The notes under the pieces are model-generated. The model made no database searches. It was not told where the DNA came from and saw nothing but the letters and a program-made list of their open reading frames with translations. From Chara braunii (taxonomy: Eukaryota > Plantae > Charophyceae): a stretch of DNA of 57,629 nucleotides. The number at the start of each line of letters is the position of its first letter. Positions within the stretch are counted from its first letter, which is position 1. A program made the translations under genes and the position numbers. The DNA lies in assembly GCA_003427395.1 (NCBI GenBank), contig BFEA01000013.1:5177236-5234864 (forward strand). The letters are read 5' to 3'. Positions 1-13,270 of this stretch are shown here, one piece after another.

Positions 1-41
<41 letters not shown>

Positions 42-2729
42 GTCCGCAGATACTGAGAAGTTAGGTAGCGAGAGGGTGAGGGAGAGATGGTGGACTTAGA
101 AGAGGAAGAAGAAGAACTCTCTCTCTCTCAGTCTGGTACTAACCTGTGAAGGTGGCACCTTGTTGCAGGTATCTCTCTCTCTCTCAGTCGATACTAACCT
201 GTGCAGGTGGCACCTTGTTGCAGGTACATCGAAGACACAGTTGGAGCTATGGTGCCACAGGTAAGTCTCCCTGCCCTCCGCCAACCATCTCTCTCTCTCT
301 CCAACGATACTCTAGCTCCTAATAGCGCCCAGCGCTGAAGACTACTGCTCACGCTACTACTACTACTGCAGCGCTCCTCCAGAGTGCTGCTGCCGAATCC
401 TGAAGACTGCCCCCTGCCTCCTGCACGTGAAGTGCCTAGGAACTCCCTATGAACTACCTGCAGCCTGCAGGGCAGGCCAGTCTTATATAGTGCTGCCCCG
501 TCCAGGAGGCTGGTCTTGCCAATGCCAAAACATGTCAGACCCTGGCGTTAAAGTTCAAACAAAGGTCGTCTTGAAAACAGGCCCAAGATGCCCTGTGCTA
601 AAACCCTGGTCTGGTGCCTAAGCTTCAGGGCAGGTCGATCTTATGAGGGCCTGAAAATGGCCCTCCGTTTCAGGCTGAAAAGACTGGGGCCCTGGAGGGC
701 CCGTTTTAGGCTGAAACGACACAGGGCCTGTAGGCCCTCGTTTTCAGGTTTTCAGGCTGAAACGACACAGGGCCTGCAGGCTCCCGTTTTCAGGCTTTCA
801 GGCTGAAACGACACAGGGCCTGTGGGGCCCTTATTTTCCGTCTGGTCGGGCCCTGCAGGCCCGTGTGGCTGCGCAGTATGCCACAAACGTACTTTTCGAT
901 GACTTATTACTTGAACTAAGGAAACTCGGCATACTCACACAAGGAGTTTCTCTGCCAAACCTGGTAATACTGCCAGCTGCATACATCTGTGAAACTGCCA
1001 GTGTGAGCATATGACTCCCAATCAAATCAGTCAAGCTATACTCCGTGCAAATAATACCAGACAAAGATGGACCCAACTGAGCATATTACACGTGAAAACG
1101 GGTGTCAACAGATTACCAACGGATGAAAAATGTAAAAGCCATGTGGCATGAAGCACGACATGACTCGGGCGCCGAACAGAGTCCATACCTGAAGAGAAGA
1201 ATGAACCCGTATGCCTCAATCAACATGCCCACAAACGCCCAGCCAACCACGAGACAGACAAATCCCAACAGGAAGAATGCGGAACCCTGTAGTCACAACC
1301 ACAGCAAGGATAGGAAACTGTCAGCCGAGGCACACTAGTCCACCAACTCACAATCATCGCCATTACCTAAGGTCCACCACACTTTGGAAAACACAAGCCA
1401 AGAATGCAGCATACACAAGATAGGCTGACAAAAGTACCAGAGACACAAGACAACAGACGAGCATTGAAAACATTGCATATCAGCAGGATAGATGAAGTAG
1501 TTTCAGACCTAGTCACAAAGCGGCATTCACAAGAGCGTCAACACACTATAGAATAGACTGTTGTTATGAACCTGGTTGCTTGTTGTCAGAAGACCAACAC
1601 TCGCTCACATAGACTTCCAGGTATGCCCAAACATACACAGAAGGAAGGGGAGTGGATGGGAGTATCACACCGTACAGGGAGAGAGAAACACAGTGGAAGA
1701 CATAACCACGCGATATGACAGAGTACACTGAAAGTGCAATTCGCTCCACAGAATCCTCACAACCAGTCACAAAGGAAAGCTTAGTAGATCACATCCAGAA
1801 AACAATGAAGCAAAGATAGTCCACACACAGTAGTAATACTGTTTATTAAACTCAGAACATTGTTTTGTCAGAATTGCCCCAGAACGATGGTGCGCTGCTC
1901 AGAAATGAGCAGCGCTTCTTCCCCCAACACTGAATAACCGCTATCACTACCCCTGAGTCCCTGAAACAACAAGCGCCACCCAGATACTGCCTCCAGAGGG
2001 ACGCACCACCATGAAACAGGCCTCTGAGGCCACGCGCCTCTCAGAGGATGAAGAAGAAGACCAGCACCACAGGCTCTGACAATGATGAAGTGCCAGAAGG
2101 CCTCTCTGATGAAGATCTTCAGCAGCGCCACCTCTCCTGACAAAGATTACCTCTGAGGATACAAGCTGCAGCTATGGCTGCAGCGCCACTTGCCTCAAAC
2201 CGTACTCCTGAGGAGGGTTCAGCAGGGCACCAACTTCTCCTGCTCCCAGCAGACCTCAGATAGCGCAGACATCTGGACAGCCCCGCGTACTCTCAGAGAA
2301 CAGCGAAGGTACCAGTTATGGCCGACGCTTCGAGGGTCTGGCTATGTCTGTCTCCTTCAACGCTGAAGCTGTACCACTCCAGTTCACGCATTGCACAATC
2401 TATTAATCGAACTCCTCTAGCCTAGACTCGACCTAGGCCAGACTGACTGGACCGACCGGTACCGTTTCTGTTTCGGCCACTCGGGCCTCTCCCTACCCGG
2501 CTATAGTCTATAGGACCAGTCTAACAGCTTAGGCCTCGCGGCGTGTCTGTCTTATTGGTAGCCCGGGTCTGCTATTCGCGGCTAGGGTGTCTGTAGGAAT
2601 TCGGGTTAGTACGGGCCTGGATTTTTCCCCAGATTTACAGATATGTCCTTCACGAATTTCCCCTACGGTCAGATATTTCAGTTAGCCCTCAGCCAAACAA
2701 AATTAAGAATCTAGTCTACCTATGTTACA
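1..2729 (-). mobile_element. Possible LTR-like segment (unresolved retroelement terminal region)
   Basis: The minus strand begins TGTAACA at 2729 (LTR-type TG start), has a TATATAAG box near 482-489 and internal tandem repeats, and has no long ORF. No partner LTR, PBS or PPT is visible, so support is weak. Confidence 0.25.
655..830. repeat. Degenerate tandem repeat, core tttcaggctgaaacgacacagggcctg
   Basis: The core recurs about 4 times with variable spacing, read directly from the sequence. Confidence 0.8.
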
Positions 2730-3064
2730 GCCTCGAGTCGACGGGGCGCATGCTGCAGAATCAGCAAGTCATTGCACTGTGACCCTTTCTGCCAAAACGG
2801 TTGTAACCATGGTTGCCCCGGGCCCGAACATCCAGACACCGGACACCGGGCCCGGACCTGCGTCTGGATTAATCCAGACACTGTTCCGGACAACCGGACA
2901 TGCAGACCCGGACGGTCCGGTTGCGAATTAACGGGTTCGGGTGTCCGGATTAAGAAAAAAAAAAGAAAAGAAGAAGAGGAAGAAGAAGAAGCAGCCCGAC
3001 AGACACACGATGCTGTAGTTGTATGAGCCGACTTATCTTTAACACACTCACATACACACACAGT

Positions 3065-3123
3065 GTCACACACACACACACACACACACACACAGTGTTG
3101 CACACACACACACACAGAGTGTT

Positions 3124-3170
<47 letters not shown>
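3065..3170. repeat. (CA)n microsatellite, interrupted
   Basis: Directly visible. Other simple repeats occur at 1-39, 4108-4180, 5449-5480, 15085-15120, 24720-24826, 43166-43260, 46064-46118 and 47768-47999. Confidence 0.95.
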
Positions 3171-3174
<4 letters not shown>

Positions 3175-4105
3175 AGATATATTGTCATCTTGTTTGTCTT
3201 TTCTGCTTGTGGAGAGTAGTGCAGCGGGGCCCTATGGGGGCTTTGGGCCTTGCTCCACTACTCACCAAATGTGCAAAATGAGAATGAATCTTCCTCTAGA
3301 ACGTGGAAAGATACACCACCATATGTCCTGCCGTTTGTGCATGTGGTGAGCAGTGGAGGGATGCTGTGTGCCCGCTCTCCAAGGGAAACCAAATTTTGTT
3401 TTGTTTTTTTTGTTCTTTTTTTTCTTGTTTTTGGCAGAAGGGCATGACCGTGTACTCTTAATTCGTGTGTACCTTCCCTGGATTGGACGCTCATACATTC
3501 CAGCAAAAGACAAAAGACATCAACAGAAAGAACAACTGAAACGGAGATGCCATTTTAAGGAAAAAAACAGTGCCTGCAACATATGGGGGGTACGTTCTGT
3601 TCCACGTTTCCCTCTGCCCGCCACTTGGCGGGTTCTTTCAGTTCTCTTTCTTCCATTTTTTCACGCTTTGTGTNNNNNNNNNNNNNNNNNNNNNNNNNNN
3701 NNNNNNNNNNNNNNNNNNNNNNNNNNNNNNNNNNNNNNNNNNNNNNNNNNNNNNNNNNNNNNNNNNNNNNNNNNNNNNNNNNNNNNNNNNNNNNNNNNNN
3801 NNNNNNNNNNNNNNNNNNNNNNNNNNNNNNNNNNNNNNNNNNNNNNNNNNNNNNNNNNNNNNNNNNNNNNNNNNNNNNNNNNNNNNNNNNNNNNNNNNNN
3901 NNNNNNNNNNNNNNNNNNNNNNNNNNNNNNNNNNNNNNNNNNNNNNNNNNNNNNNNNNNNNNNNNNNNNNNNNCACTGGGATCTCTCTCCCCTGTCCCTC
4001 TCGCTATCTCTTTCTCCCTCACTATTCCCATTCTCTTGCTATTCTCCCCTCCGTCAATCTCTCTTGCGTCAGGGGGTGCCTTCGGTCATTTACAATTGTC
4101 AATTG

Positions 4106-4182
<77 letters not shown>

Positions 4183-5445
4183 TCTGTCTCTCTGTCTTCT
4201 CTCCCCCCCCCCCAACCGCTTGCCATTTTCCCTTTCTTCCTTTCCCATTGCCTCCCTTCCGCCTGGCCGATTCCATCTTTCAACTTGCGCCCTCCATCCC
4301 CCTCCAGATCTTCCCCCCACCAATCCACTTTTCCTCATGCTCCTCTCCTTGTCCTGTGTCAGTCGCCTCTCCTTTCCCCTCTTTCTCCACGCATTTCTCT
4401 CCTAAGTTGGGATCCTCTTCGAGATCCTCTCTGGCCCGTGCAGATCTGGTCTGTCCCTTCATCTCTTCCTCTGTCTGTCGCTCTTTCTCTCTTCATTGCC
4501 CTCTCTCCATCACCTGCATATCCACCTTTACCCTATCCCTCTCGTCATTCCCTTTCCTTACCTATTCCCTCCCTTCTGCTCTCAGATCCTCTTCCTGCCT
4601 TGCAATCTCTTATTCCCTACCTTGTTCGGATCCCCCCTACATCCTCACCCAGATTGCCTGACATTCCGTCCTCCTCTCTATCCCACATCCTGATCGGCTT
4701 GCCTCTCCATCCACGCTACCCATCCCCTTTAGGTCCCCGACCTACATCCTCCTCCGTCTTCCTCCTCCACAACCTCCTCAACCACAGTAAACTTACCCTG
4801 TATGCTTGATGACCCTCCTGCTTTCTCTGGAGCATCCCGTGCTGACCGATCAAAACCCCGCTCTCTCATCCTCCTGATCCCGCATCGTCACCCTCCCCCT
4901 TCTCCCTTCTCCTGCTACTCCAGCTTTCTCAAGATTTTTATGGCAACCTTCTCCTGCCTGCATGACCAGACACTTGACCCCCTAGTGTTCCTTCTTCCCC
5001 TGCCTCTCCACACTCACGGGACGATCCCCAGTCCTTCCGATAGTGGCCGTTCACAAATCCAGTTCCACTTGCAACATGGCAACCTACAAAAATGGAGTTG
5101 CAGCCCTAAACGTGGGTGGAGGAAGGAGGAAAGGAGGGATGTGGGGAGGGAGGGAGGGGTAGAGAGAGAGAGGGTGCACTTACACGCCAGGCCAACCCAC
5201 CTATTTGGTTTTGGGGCCAAGTGTAGGAAACCTCCACCTCTTCGTGCACAACGCCGCAAGAGAAAGAGGGAGCGAGGGAGAGGGCGGGAGGGAGAGATGG
5301 AGGGAGGGAGGGAAGGAGAGAGGGTGCACTTCACTACGCCGCGGGACCTATTTCCTTCTTTGGCCGAGTGTAAGTGAAACACTCCACATCTTCAGGCAGA
5401 CCACCGCAGGTACAGAGAGGGAAAGCCAGAGCCAGCGAGCGAGCG

Positions 5446-5483
<38 letters not shown>

Positions 5484-6325
5484 GCCATGAGGACGGCTGT
5501 TTGAACACAGCCCGACGGCGCGTTCAAACCACCGTCGCAATTTGCCAGAGGCGGAATCCCGACGCGTTGTTTCTTCGCTCACATCGGGATTTTCCTCTCG
5601 GCAGCACCCACCCCGTCTGATATTTGCACAACTCAGTTAGCACACCCATGTACTTTTGCAATTCAGACCTAAGTTCGAATCCACATGCAATCAGATGAGC
5701 ACGATCCGGCCCACAATACCCTATGCAGCAATGATATTGGCCATTAGATGTGCCAGTGACTGGCCAAAGATGCTCGGCGCTAGCATCGCCGGTTTCCCCC
5801 GTAGGCAATGCCTGATCACCCCGCATCATCGTGATGAGGGGCTGATACAAGCCTTGCTCTCGCACCACTGCTGTGGTGCCAACCTACCCCGTGGGCTGGG
5901 GAGAGTTCCAGGTTTGGTTGGTGTTCCCCCCTACCATACATAGAGTAGCCAGAGGATGAGATAGATGAGGAAAATATATACAAACAAGATTGAGAGAAGA
6001 ATATAGATTAGTTTTAAAAATAAAAATAAAAATAAAAAACGCAAAAACAAAAACAACACCAAAACGCCCTTCCGGCCTCGCTGCGCCACTCACCAAAAGG
6101 CAAAAAAACAAGAATGAATCTTCCCTTCGAAAAGGGAATGATACACCACCCCTTTTTTTTTTGTGGTTCCAATGGTCAAGCGGCCTCTAATTTCCAATGG
6201 CCACCGCTTTCCCAGTCCCGTTTTCCAGCACACCGTCGATAGATGCCGCAACGCACGCTGCTTATCGGACGGCCCATCTCACAGATGGGCACCGTCTGGT
6301 CCAGATCCTAGGAACTTCAACAGAA

Positions 6326-6550
6326 TGTAGTAGATGTAGTAGATGTAGTAGATGTAGTAGATGTAGTAGATGTAGTAGATAGATAGATGTAGTAGATGTA
6401 GTAGATAGATGTAGTAGATGTAGTAGATGTGTAGTAGATGTAGTAGATGTAGTAGATGTACTAGATAGATAGATGAAGTAGATGTAGTAGATAGATAGAT
6501 GTAGTAGATGTAGTAGATAGATAGATGTAGTAGATAGATAGATAGTAGAT
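6326..6550. repeat. (TAGATGTAG)n 9-bp minisatellite mixed with (TAGA)n
   Basis: Directly visible tandem array. Confidence 0.95.
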
Positions 6551-6752
6551 GAAGCTGCACACGCCCAGCACCTGCCAGGATCAGACCAGAAAAAAAGTTG
6601 AAAGACTGTAGAATGCGCTGTTAATAATTGGGACCCAGCTCAAAGACAGCATAGTTCATTACCCGGAATCCAGAGCCTTGTCAATCATTCTGGTCATCAA
6701 CCGCCGTAGTACGACACCCCATCCCTACCTTCTGCCCTCTTCCCTCACCTAC

Positions 6753-6833
6753 CTTATGATTTCTCTTTTGAAGGAAAAACGATGTGGTTGGCTTTACACC
6801 AATTGTCAATGTTAAACCCGACAAAAAGAGAAT
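6753..6833 (-). CDS. GOT1: GOT1/Got1-like vesicle transport protein, coding exon 3 (ILFLSGLTLTIGVKPTTSFFLQKRNHK)
   Basis: 81-nt exon bounded by tgtgcAG and GTaggt, in phase 0 with exon 2. The peptide matches the plant GOT1 segment ILFLSG.TLTIG.K.T..FF.K..N.K. Later exons were not found in the window. Confidence 0.9.
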
Positions 6834-7507
6834 CTGCACAACACACCACAGGAAATTTCCCTTCCACATTAGCCAAGCATGCGATGAAATCCCTTCTCCT
6901 AATTCTTCATCCATCAGTACAGAAAAACAAACGCAGAAAAATCTGTAGTTTCTTCAATTCACTATACATTCCACACTATTCATCATACCTAGGTGTCTCC
7001 TTGTGCATCACAAGTGTGTATGCGGCTGAGGTGAACACTTGAATGAAACTCTGAGAACAGGGGCACAAGGGGGAAGAGCAGTGGGAGGAGAGGGGCTTCA
7101 CATAACAGAAGGCCTGTCAATCAACGACGATTAAGTGATGCATAACTGATTGCCACTCTTTTCTCCCCAGGGACATCCGTCATCCACATCTCAGAGGCGA
7201 TAAGCATAATGAAAAACAGTCTTGTGAAAAGAGAGCACCTCTCTCCCTATGCTTGACCGTAGTAGTAAACCTTTCCTCCTCCGAAAGGCCATTCATCTCT
7301 TCATTCATACTTTCCTAAATAGCACTTGTTCAGGCTGGAGGAGGGAAAGCAGAGACAGAGAACGAGAGGACAAGAAAGTGAACACCGGGTGAAACGAAGA
7401 GAGAGGGAGAGAGACAATGGGATTGAAAGAGGGAGACAGAGAAAGAAAAGGGACGGGGGAGGTTCGGAGGGAGGGTAACTGGAAAGGAGAGGCGAGAACA
7501 TACATAC

Positions 7508-7599
7508 ATTACCCATCGCCAGGAGACCTTTGTCAAACAAGAAGACTACTCCCAGGAAGGTGAAGAAGACTCCAAACCCAGTTAACCCGATACCTATTT
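7508..7599 (-). CDS. GOT1: GOT1/Got1-like vesicle transport protein, coding exon 2 ((K)IGIGLTGFGVFFTFLGVVFLFDKGLLAMGN)
   Basis: 92-nt exon with acAG acceptor and GTatgt donor. It carries the hallmark GOT1 motif IG.GLTGFGVFF.FLG....FDKGLLAMGN, and its phase-1 start fits exon 1. Confidence 0.93.
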
Positions 7600-8125
7600 C
7601 TGTGTAACACAAAAACAGTGAGAGACAGAGAGGAGTTATTGCCAACAGCAAACAGAAGGGCGCACATAACAACGAACGGCAGGGCAGAGGGAGATCGACA
7701 CCAAAGCTCGTCACTTCACCCCAACGTGGCTCCCACTACGTGGGCATGATAACCGCATTCGTAGCAGGTTGGTAATGTCATGAGAGAACCCTTCGAAGGA
7801 GGGAACGACAACGTCCAAATGAGGTTGGGCCGACAGAACAGTTTGAAAGACAAGGTGGGGGGGAGGTGGAAGAACGGAGGGTAGGAAAGCGCCACAAGAG
7901 CGAGAGGAGCCCTGGAGCGAGGTGGGCACCGGGGGGGTCGAGGCAGGGAGGTCCGCTTGGTTTTACCACGCAGGATAAAAGCATCTAGTTCAAACAAGGA
8001 GGCGGCAAGAACATTCGGATATATCAACCACGACGCCCAACATTCGCTTTTGTTGTTCTATATTTCCTGCCTTGTCTCCCTTCCCTTTCCCTTGTCCACT
8101 TCCGATGATTTTTCTTTTGCCTGGT

Positions 8126-8226
8126 GTTGCATCACTCGCCATCCATCCGACAAGATTTTGAATGCGCCTTGACAAATTTATTTTCCAAATGCATCCAACA
8201 TGTTGGCGGATGGCGAGTGATGCAAC
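8126..8226. repeat. ~100-bp MITE-like foldback with 19-bp perfect inverted ends (gttgcatcactcgccatcc)
   Basis: gttgcatcactcgccatcc at 8126 and its reverse complement ending at 8226. Confidence 0.75.
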
Positions 8227-9182
8227 TAAGTCCTTAAATGGATAACAACAGCAAGAAGATGTGGATGCTTTTAGCTCAGATGACCTGCTTCACTCGTGTT
8301 CTTTTTCTTCCCTCCTTTTCTGTCCCTTCCCTTTCCTTTGCTCCCTTTCGACTTCTTTCTCTAAGGGATAGTAAATAAGAGTACTACCGCAGGAAGCGAA
8401 AGTGCTCCAAGCAGCAGCAATAGCTCAGAGAAGGCCTTTCAGTCGTGCATGAGGCTGCTGCCGTTCCTTTCGGTCGTGCATGACCCTGCTGCCACTCAGA
8501 GAAGGTCTTTTGGTAGGACAAGGTCATTTTCGCCGTCATGAACCCACCCTTTCATCAATCACCTTCTCCTCTTTCCTTTTCTTCTTCCTTGTCCTTACAC
8601 CTTCCCCCTTTCGTCTCTCGTCTCCCACCCCATCCTCGTCTCTTCTCACCCCCCTCCCCTTCGTTGCTTCTCTCTCCCCTACCCGTCGTCTCTTCTCACA
8701 TGAACACGCTTCTTCTTCTCCGCCTTCCTAAAGTCGCTTTCCCATCAAATGACTCGTTAGCGGATCGATCGTTGACTAAGTCGAATTGATCGTTGACTAC
8801 TTAAGACGTGACGCCGAACTTCTCGTGCAGCCAAACGATGGGTTGTGACCCCAGTTTGCTGACCTGAAGATCGTCGCAGAACTATCGGTGGGTATACATT
8901 GTCCTTCCCCCCCCCTCCCTTTTTCCCCCTCCTTTCTTTGTACCCCAGTTTGGATACCTGGAGATCATCGTAGAAATATCCGTGTGAATTTTCCTTCCTC
9001 GGTTCCCCGTCATAACTCCTCCATAATTTTCCTTCTCCCTTCGTTTCCGTGCCTTTCATTTCCCTCCTCCTTCTCCATTTCTTGCTTTCCTTCATGACCC
9101 TGCCTGCTGCAGCGTTCTGCCTTCTTTCACTGTGAATAATCAGTGCTTTACCTTTTCCACTCCTTTCCCCGTAAATGCGCTC

Positions 9183-10037
9183 CTACCGTCTTCCCCCGAA
9201 CACGGCGCAACCTCATTATGAATGCATAAAGGTTACACTTTTCGACCCGATACAACCATTATGAGGGCGTATTGTGTCAGGCGGCACACCGTAGTAGCTG
9301 GTGTAGATCCCTCTTTTTTGCGAGCATGCTCCTGACTGACAGACAGCAGATGTACAGACCTTCGTTTAAGGGAAGGAAAAAATAATAGTAATAAGACTAG
9401 TTTGCAGAATCTGTCTCGCATATCTCGCTCGGGGAGCATCGCATCGGGTGTGGGGTTGGTGCCTACCGTCTTCCCCCGAATACAAGGCACAGTCATTATA
9501 GCTGTATTTGGGGCAACTGTCATTCCAGATACAGCGATAATGACCGTGCGTTCTATTCGGGATAAGTGGCACTTCCTAAGCATTGTCACAGAGGACCACC
9601 CGAGTATGCACACTAGTATATAGTCAAACTGACCACAGCAGCTACGCAGTAAGAGTGCAAATTTTTTTGTGAAACAAACAAATCCACCAAGTAATGGGCG
9701 AGCAGGAAGAAGAGAAAAAAGGTAAACAGGAAGAGGCAGCGTACCCCTGCTTGCTTTCTTTTTTTTTGTCCTTCCCTTTTCCTTTCTTTTCCTCACACAG
9801 CTACGAACAAAGAGAGCGCATTTGCGAAACACTTGGGGAAAAAAAAGGAGAAAGAAGAAGAGAAGAAGAGGCAAACAGGAAGAGGAAGAGAAACCCTGAC
9901 AGAGTCCACACATCCGTCTGTCTACTGCCGTCGCCGCTCGAACACAACGCACGGCGGTCGTTATAATTGTATTTGGAGCAACTTTCAATCTAAATACAAC
10001 GATAATGAACGTGCGTTCTGTTCGGGGGAAGACGGTA
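9183..10037. mobile_element. Cluster of three ~100-bp palindromic MITE-like units with TA-CCGTCTTCCCCCGAA ends
   Basis: Units lie near 9185-9295, 9466-9570 and 9925-10037. The same ends recur at 13793-13850 and ~50008-50327. TA flanks suggest a Tc1/mariner-type derivative (inference). Confidence 0.65.
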
Positions 10038-11404
10038 GACCAACACTTGCACCGCGTCTCTGAGAAGAATACAAGAGAGAAAACCAGGAGAGGGCGCGGA
10101 GAGGTAGCACGCAAGAGAGCGTGCAGGTAGGTTTTAGAGGTGGCTATAAAGCAGCTTTCCCAGCAGGTAAGGCCGAAACGAAGCCAATGATATCATCCTT
10201 AGGTAGGAAAACTGACAAATATTCGCGCCCTGAAAACATTCACGACGCGCAAGAAGAGGAGAGGGCATGCATGCCCTCCTCTCCTTACACGCAAGCACAT
10301 TTTTCGTGAGAAGGTGATCGCCGGGGGCGAGCATACATTAATAAGTCGGTGAAACTCCGACGAAACAGTTTCACAACCCACCGTTTCTTGTCCTTTTGTT
10401 CCTTTGTGCTTACGGTTGGTTCACTGGGCAGCTCTCTCAACCCTGAACAGACTCAAAAAAACTAGCCGAGAGCATCGCGACTTCCAGAGAATAGTCCTGC
10501 TATTTAGTCGAAGTACGTTGTATCTCTTTAACGACAATAACGTAAAAGTATGGAGTAGTAGGAAAACGTACAGGAGATCTACTCATGACGGAAGAGGGTT
10601 GGGGGGGGAACCAACAACGAGAACCTATTCGAGGAGACCAAGAAAAACACATACCTTTCTTCCAGATTAAATGGTAGTACACCCCTAGAACTGACTGATG
10701 AACAAAGCCGAAATCATCTATATATTCGATTCCATAACGTTAGGAGCTACGCGCGTATAAGAAAACTGGTGCGGCCAACCAGAGGAGGGAAAAAAGGAAG
10801 CAGGGGAAGCGAGAAAGAGGTACAGGGAAATACAATACGCGAAAACAAAAGGCGAAAGAGAAAAAGTCCGTGGACAAAATATTTCATTCTTTCTTTATCT
10901 AATACTAAAAAGATGAGAAGCCGCGGGGAGGCCAGCAAAAAAGCAGGGAAAGAACACATAGGGCCGATAAGGCTGAATGATACCTTAAAATGTTCTGTTT
11001 GTTAGTAAACAGAACATCATGAGTTCGAATCCAGATGGGATCAGATGAACACAATGAAGTTCGAAGCTGCCACCTTAAAATAAAATGGGAAAGAAAAAAG
11101 CAGGGAGCGAAAAAGACAAAAAGCGAGCAACAGAGTGAGCAGCCGGCGACAGATTGTGCTCAAAGAGGATGTCACCGGCCGCCGGAGCGGGGCGATCGAT
11201 CGACACATCGTGACGCCGACTAATTTTTATTTACACTACCGGGAATGAATGTGGTGGATAAAAGAATTTTGGACTGGTCGCTCGATACTTGACCCCTCCA
11301 TTTCCTTTCCCGCCACCTTCGGCACTTCACTGAATCACATGATGGTGGGTCCTAGATACCCGTTCCTTCGAGACGAAAACGATGACGGGCAAAGAAGTGA
11401 TCAT

Positions 11405-12878
11405 CTTCTCGATGGCCCGGCATCGGTGGGTTGCTGGTGCGGCAGTGTAGTCAAGGTAGTGGGGAGTGCGGCGCCGCCATAGCGTGCGGAACGAGCTGCA
11501 ACGATGAGTCACCGTAAGTTCGAGCATCCTCGCCATGGCTCCCTGGGCTTCTTGCCCAGGAAGCGAAGCAAGCGACATAGGGGAAAGGTGAAGTCGTTCC
11601 CGAGGGATGACCCGAAGAAGAAGCCGCATTTGACGGCCTTTCTAGGGTACAAGGCCGGAATGACTCATATCATGGGAGAGGTGGACAAGGCGGGATCGAA
11701 GCTCCACAAAAAGGAGACATGCGAGGCTGTGACTGTCATCGAGACGCCGCCGATGCTGGTCGTTGGTCTGACGGGCTACATCATGACTCCTCGAGGGCTT
11801 CGGTCGTTGGTGACTGTCTGGGCTCAGCATCTTAGCAAGGATCTTCTCCGAAGATTCTACAAGAATTGGTACAAGTGCAAGAAGAAGGCGTTCTCCAAGT
11901 ACGCACAGAAGTATGACACTGCCGAGGGGAAGAAGGACTTCCAAGCGCAGCTTGAGAAGCTGAAGAAGTATTGCACTGTCATCCGCGTTCTCGCCCACAC
12001 GCAGGTGCGCAAGTGTCCGGGCATCGGACAGAAAAAGGCTCATCTTATGGAGATCCAAATCAACGGCGGAACGCCGGCGGAGAAGGTGGATTTCGGCGTT
12101 ACCTACTTCGAGAAGGCCGTTTCCATCTCCGCTGTTTTCGGGAAGGACGAGATGATTGATTGCATCGGAGTTACCAAGGGTCANGGACACGAGGGCGTGG
12201 TGACCAGATGGGGAGTGACTCGGCTTCCCAGAAAGACCCATCGTGGTCTGCGAAAGGTCGCTTGTATTGGGGCATGGCATCCCGCGCGTGTTCCGTACAC
12301 TGTGGCGAGACCCGGTCAGCGAGGTTATCATCACAGGACGGAGATGAATAAGAAGATTTACAAGATCGGTGTGGCTGGTGACGAATCTCACAAGGCGATG
12401 ACGGAGTACGATCGCACGGACAAGGATATCACGCCGATGGGAGGTTTCCCGCACTATGGTATTGTGAAGGAGGACGACATTATGATAAAGGGTTGCTGCA
12501 TGGGCGCGAAGAAGCGTGTAAATACTCTCCGCAAGTCACTCTTCCCTCAAGTGACTCGTACGGCGATGGAGCAAATCAGCCTCAAGTTCATCGATACCTC
12601 GTCCAAGTTCGGGCATGGGCGCTACCAGACGACCGCGGAGAAACAGAAGATTTTTGGCAAGGTCAAAGCCAAGTAAAAGAAAAGTGTTTAGTGCTATTGC
12701 AACGGGAGAGGCGAAATATTTTCGGCGATTTGATTGTGAGCTCGTGCGAGGAAGGCGTTTTTCGGCCTTGAGTGGTGGTTTTGTATTGACCGATCGGTGG
12801 GGTGTTTTCTTGAAGGCGGAGGATATTGGATTCAGCCTGCCGTATAATGATTAACTGTGGATTCTTCTCTTTCTCGAG

Positions 12879-12920
<42 letters not shown>
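11405..12920 (+). pseudogene. RPL3: Processed (retroposed) copy of 60S ribosomal protein L3 mRNA
   Basis: Intronless, with 5'UTR, ORF, 3'UTR and a 40-nt poly(A) at 12881-12920. Flanked by aaagaagtgatcat (11391-11404) and aaagaggtgatcat (12918-12931). Lies antisense inside a GOT1 intron. Confidence 0.9.
11504..12676 (+). CDS. RPL3: 60S ribosomal protein L3 (uL3), open 390-aa frame in the retrocopy
   Basis: Contains [49 protein letters not shown] and [13 protein letters not shown]. There are no stops and one ambiguous base. Expression is unknown. Confidence 0.9.
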   Translation: MSHRKFEHPRHGSLGFLPRKRSKRHRGKVKSFPRDDPKKKPHLTAFLGYKAGMTHIMGEVDKAGSKLHKKETCEAVTVIETPPMLVVGLTGYIMTPRGLRSLVTVWAQHLSKDLLRRFYKNWYKCKKKAFSKYAQKYDTAEGKKDFQAQLEKLKKYCTVIRVLAHTQVRKCPGIGQKKAHLMEIQINGGTPAEKVDFGVTYFEKAVSISAVFGKDEMIDCIGVTKGXGHEGVVTRWGVTRLPRKTHRGLRKVACIGAWHPARVPYTVARPGQRGYHHRTEMNKKIYKIGVAGDESHKAMTEYDRTDKDITPMGGFPHYGIVKEDDIMIKGCCMGAKKRVNTLRKSLFPQVTRTAMEQISLKFIDTSSKFGHGRYQTTAEKQKIFGKVKAK

Positions 12921-12924
<4 letters not shown>

Positions 12925-12929
12925 TGATC

Positions 12930-13270
12930 ATGAACAGAAAACAAGAATGCTCGACGAAATGATGATCAAAGAACAGATAAAGAAGATGATGAGAAAGAAA
13001 TGATGAAGAAGATGAAAAAGACATGATGACGAAAAAGAACTGATGATGATGAAAAAGAAATGATGATAATGGACGAGAAATGATGATGATGAGACTACAC
13101 TTACGAGAGATCGTGATGATGAGACTACGAGAGATCATGATGATGAGACTACGAGAGATCATGATGATGATGTGCGACTGTACTTACGAGAGATGATGTT
13201 GATTATGACGATGATAAAACTGTAATCACGAGAGATGATGATGATGAGAGTCATGAAGGATGCTGATAAT
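12930..13270. repeat. (GAT)n-rich low-complexity region with gagactacgagagatcatgatgat units
   Basis: Directly visible. Confidence 0.8.

Noticed and set aside
3353-4809. Long ORFs spanning N gaps or microsatellites (also 25003-25953, 29321-31930, 43756-44727, 47631-48131)
   Set aside because: They are open only because of Ns or stop-free simple repeats (poly-SL, ER, CV, HT translations).
9233-10114. 293-aa minus-strand ORF in the GOT1 intron
   Set aside because: It runs across palindromic MITE units and purine/pyrimidine tracts and has no recognisable domain.
10651-10682. Alternative GOT1 exon 1 (…WKK|GTATGT)
   Set aside because: It lacks an ATG and similarity to GOT1. The exon at 14903-14933 matches the family N-terminus and the required phase.
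11642-12454. 270-aa antisense ORF over RPL3
   Set aside because: It is a shadow frame of a GC-rich coding sequence with no independent features.
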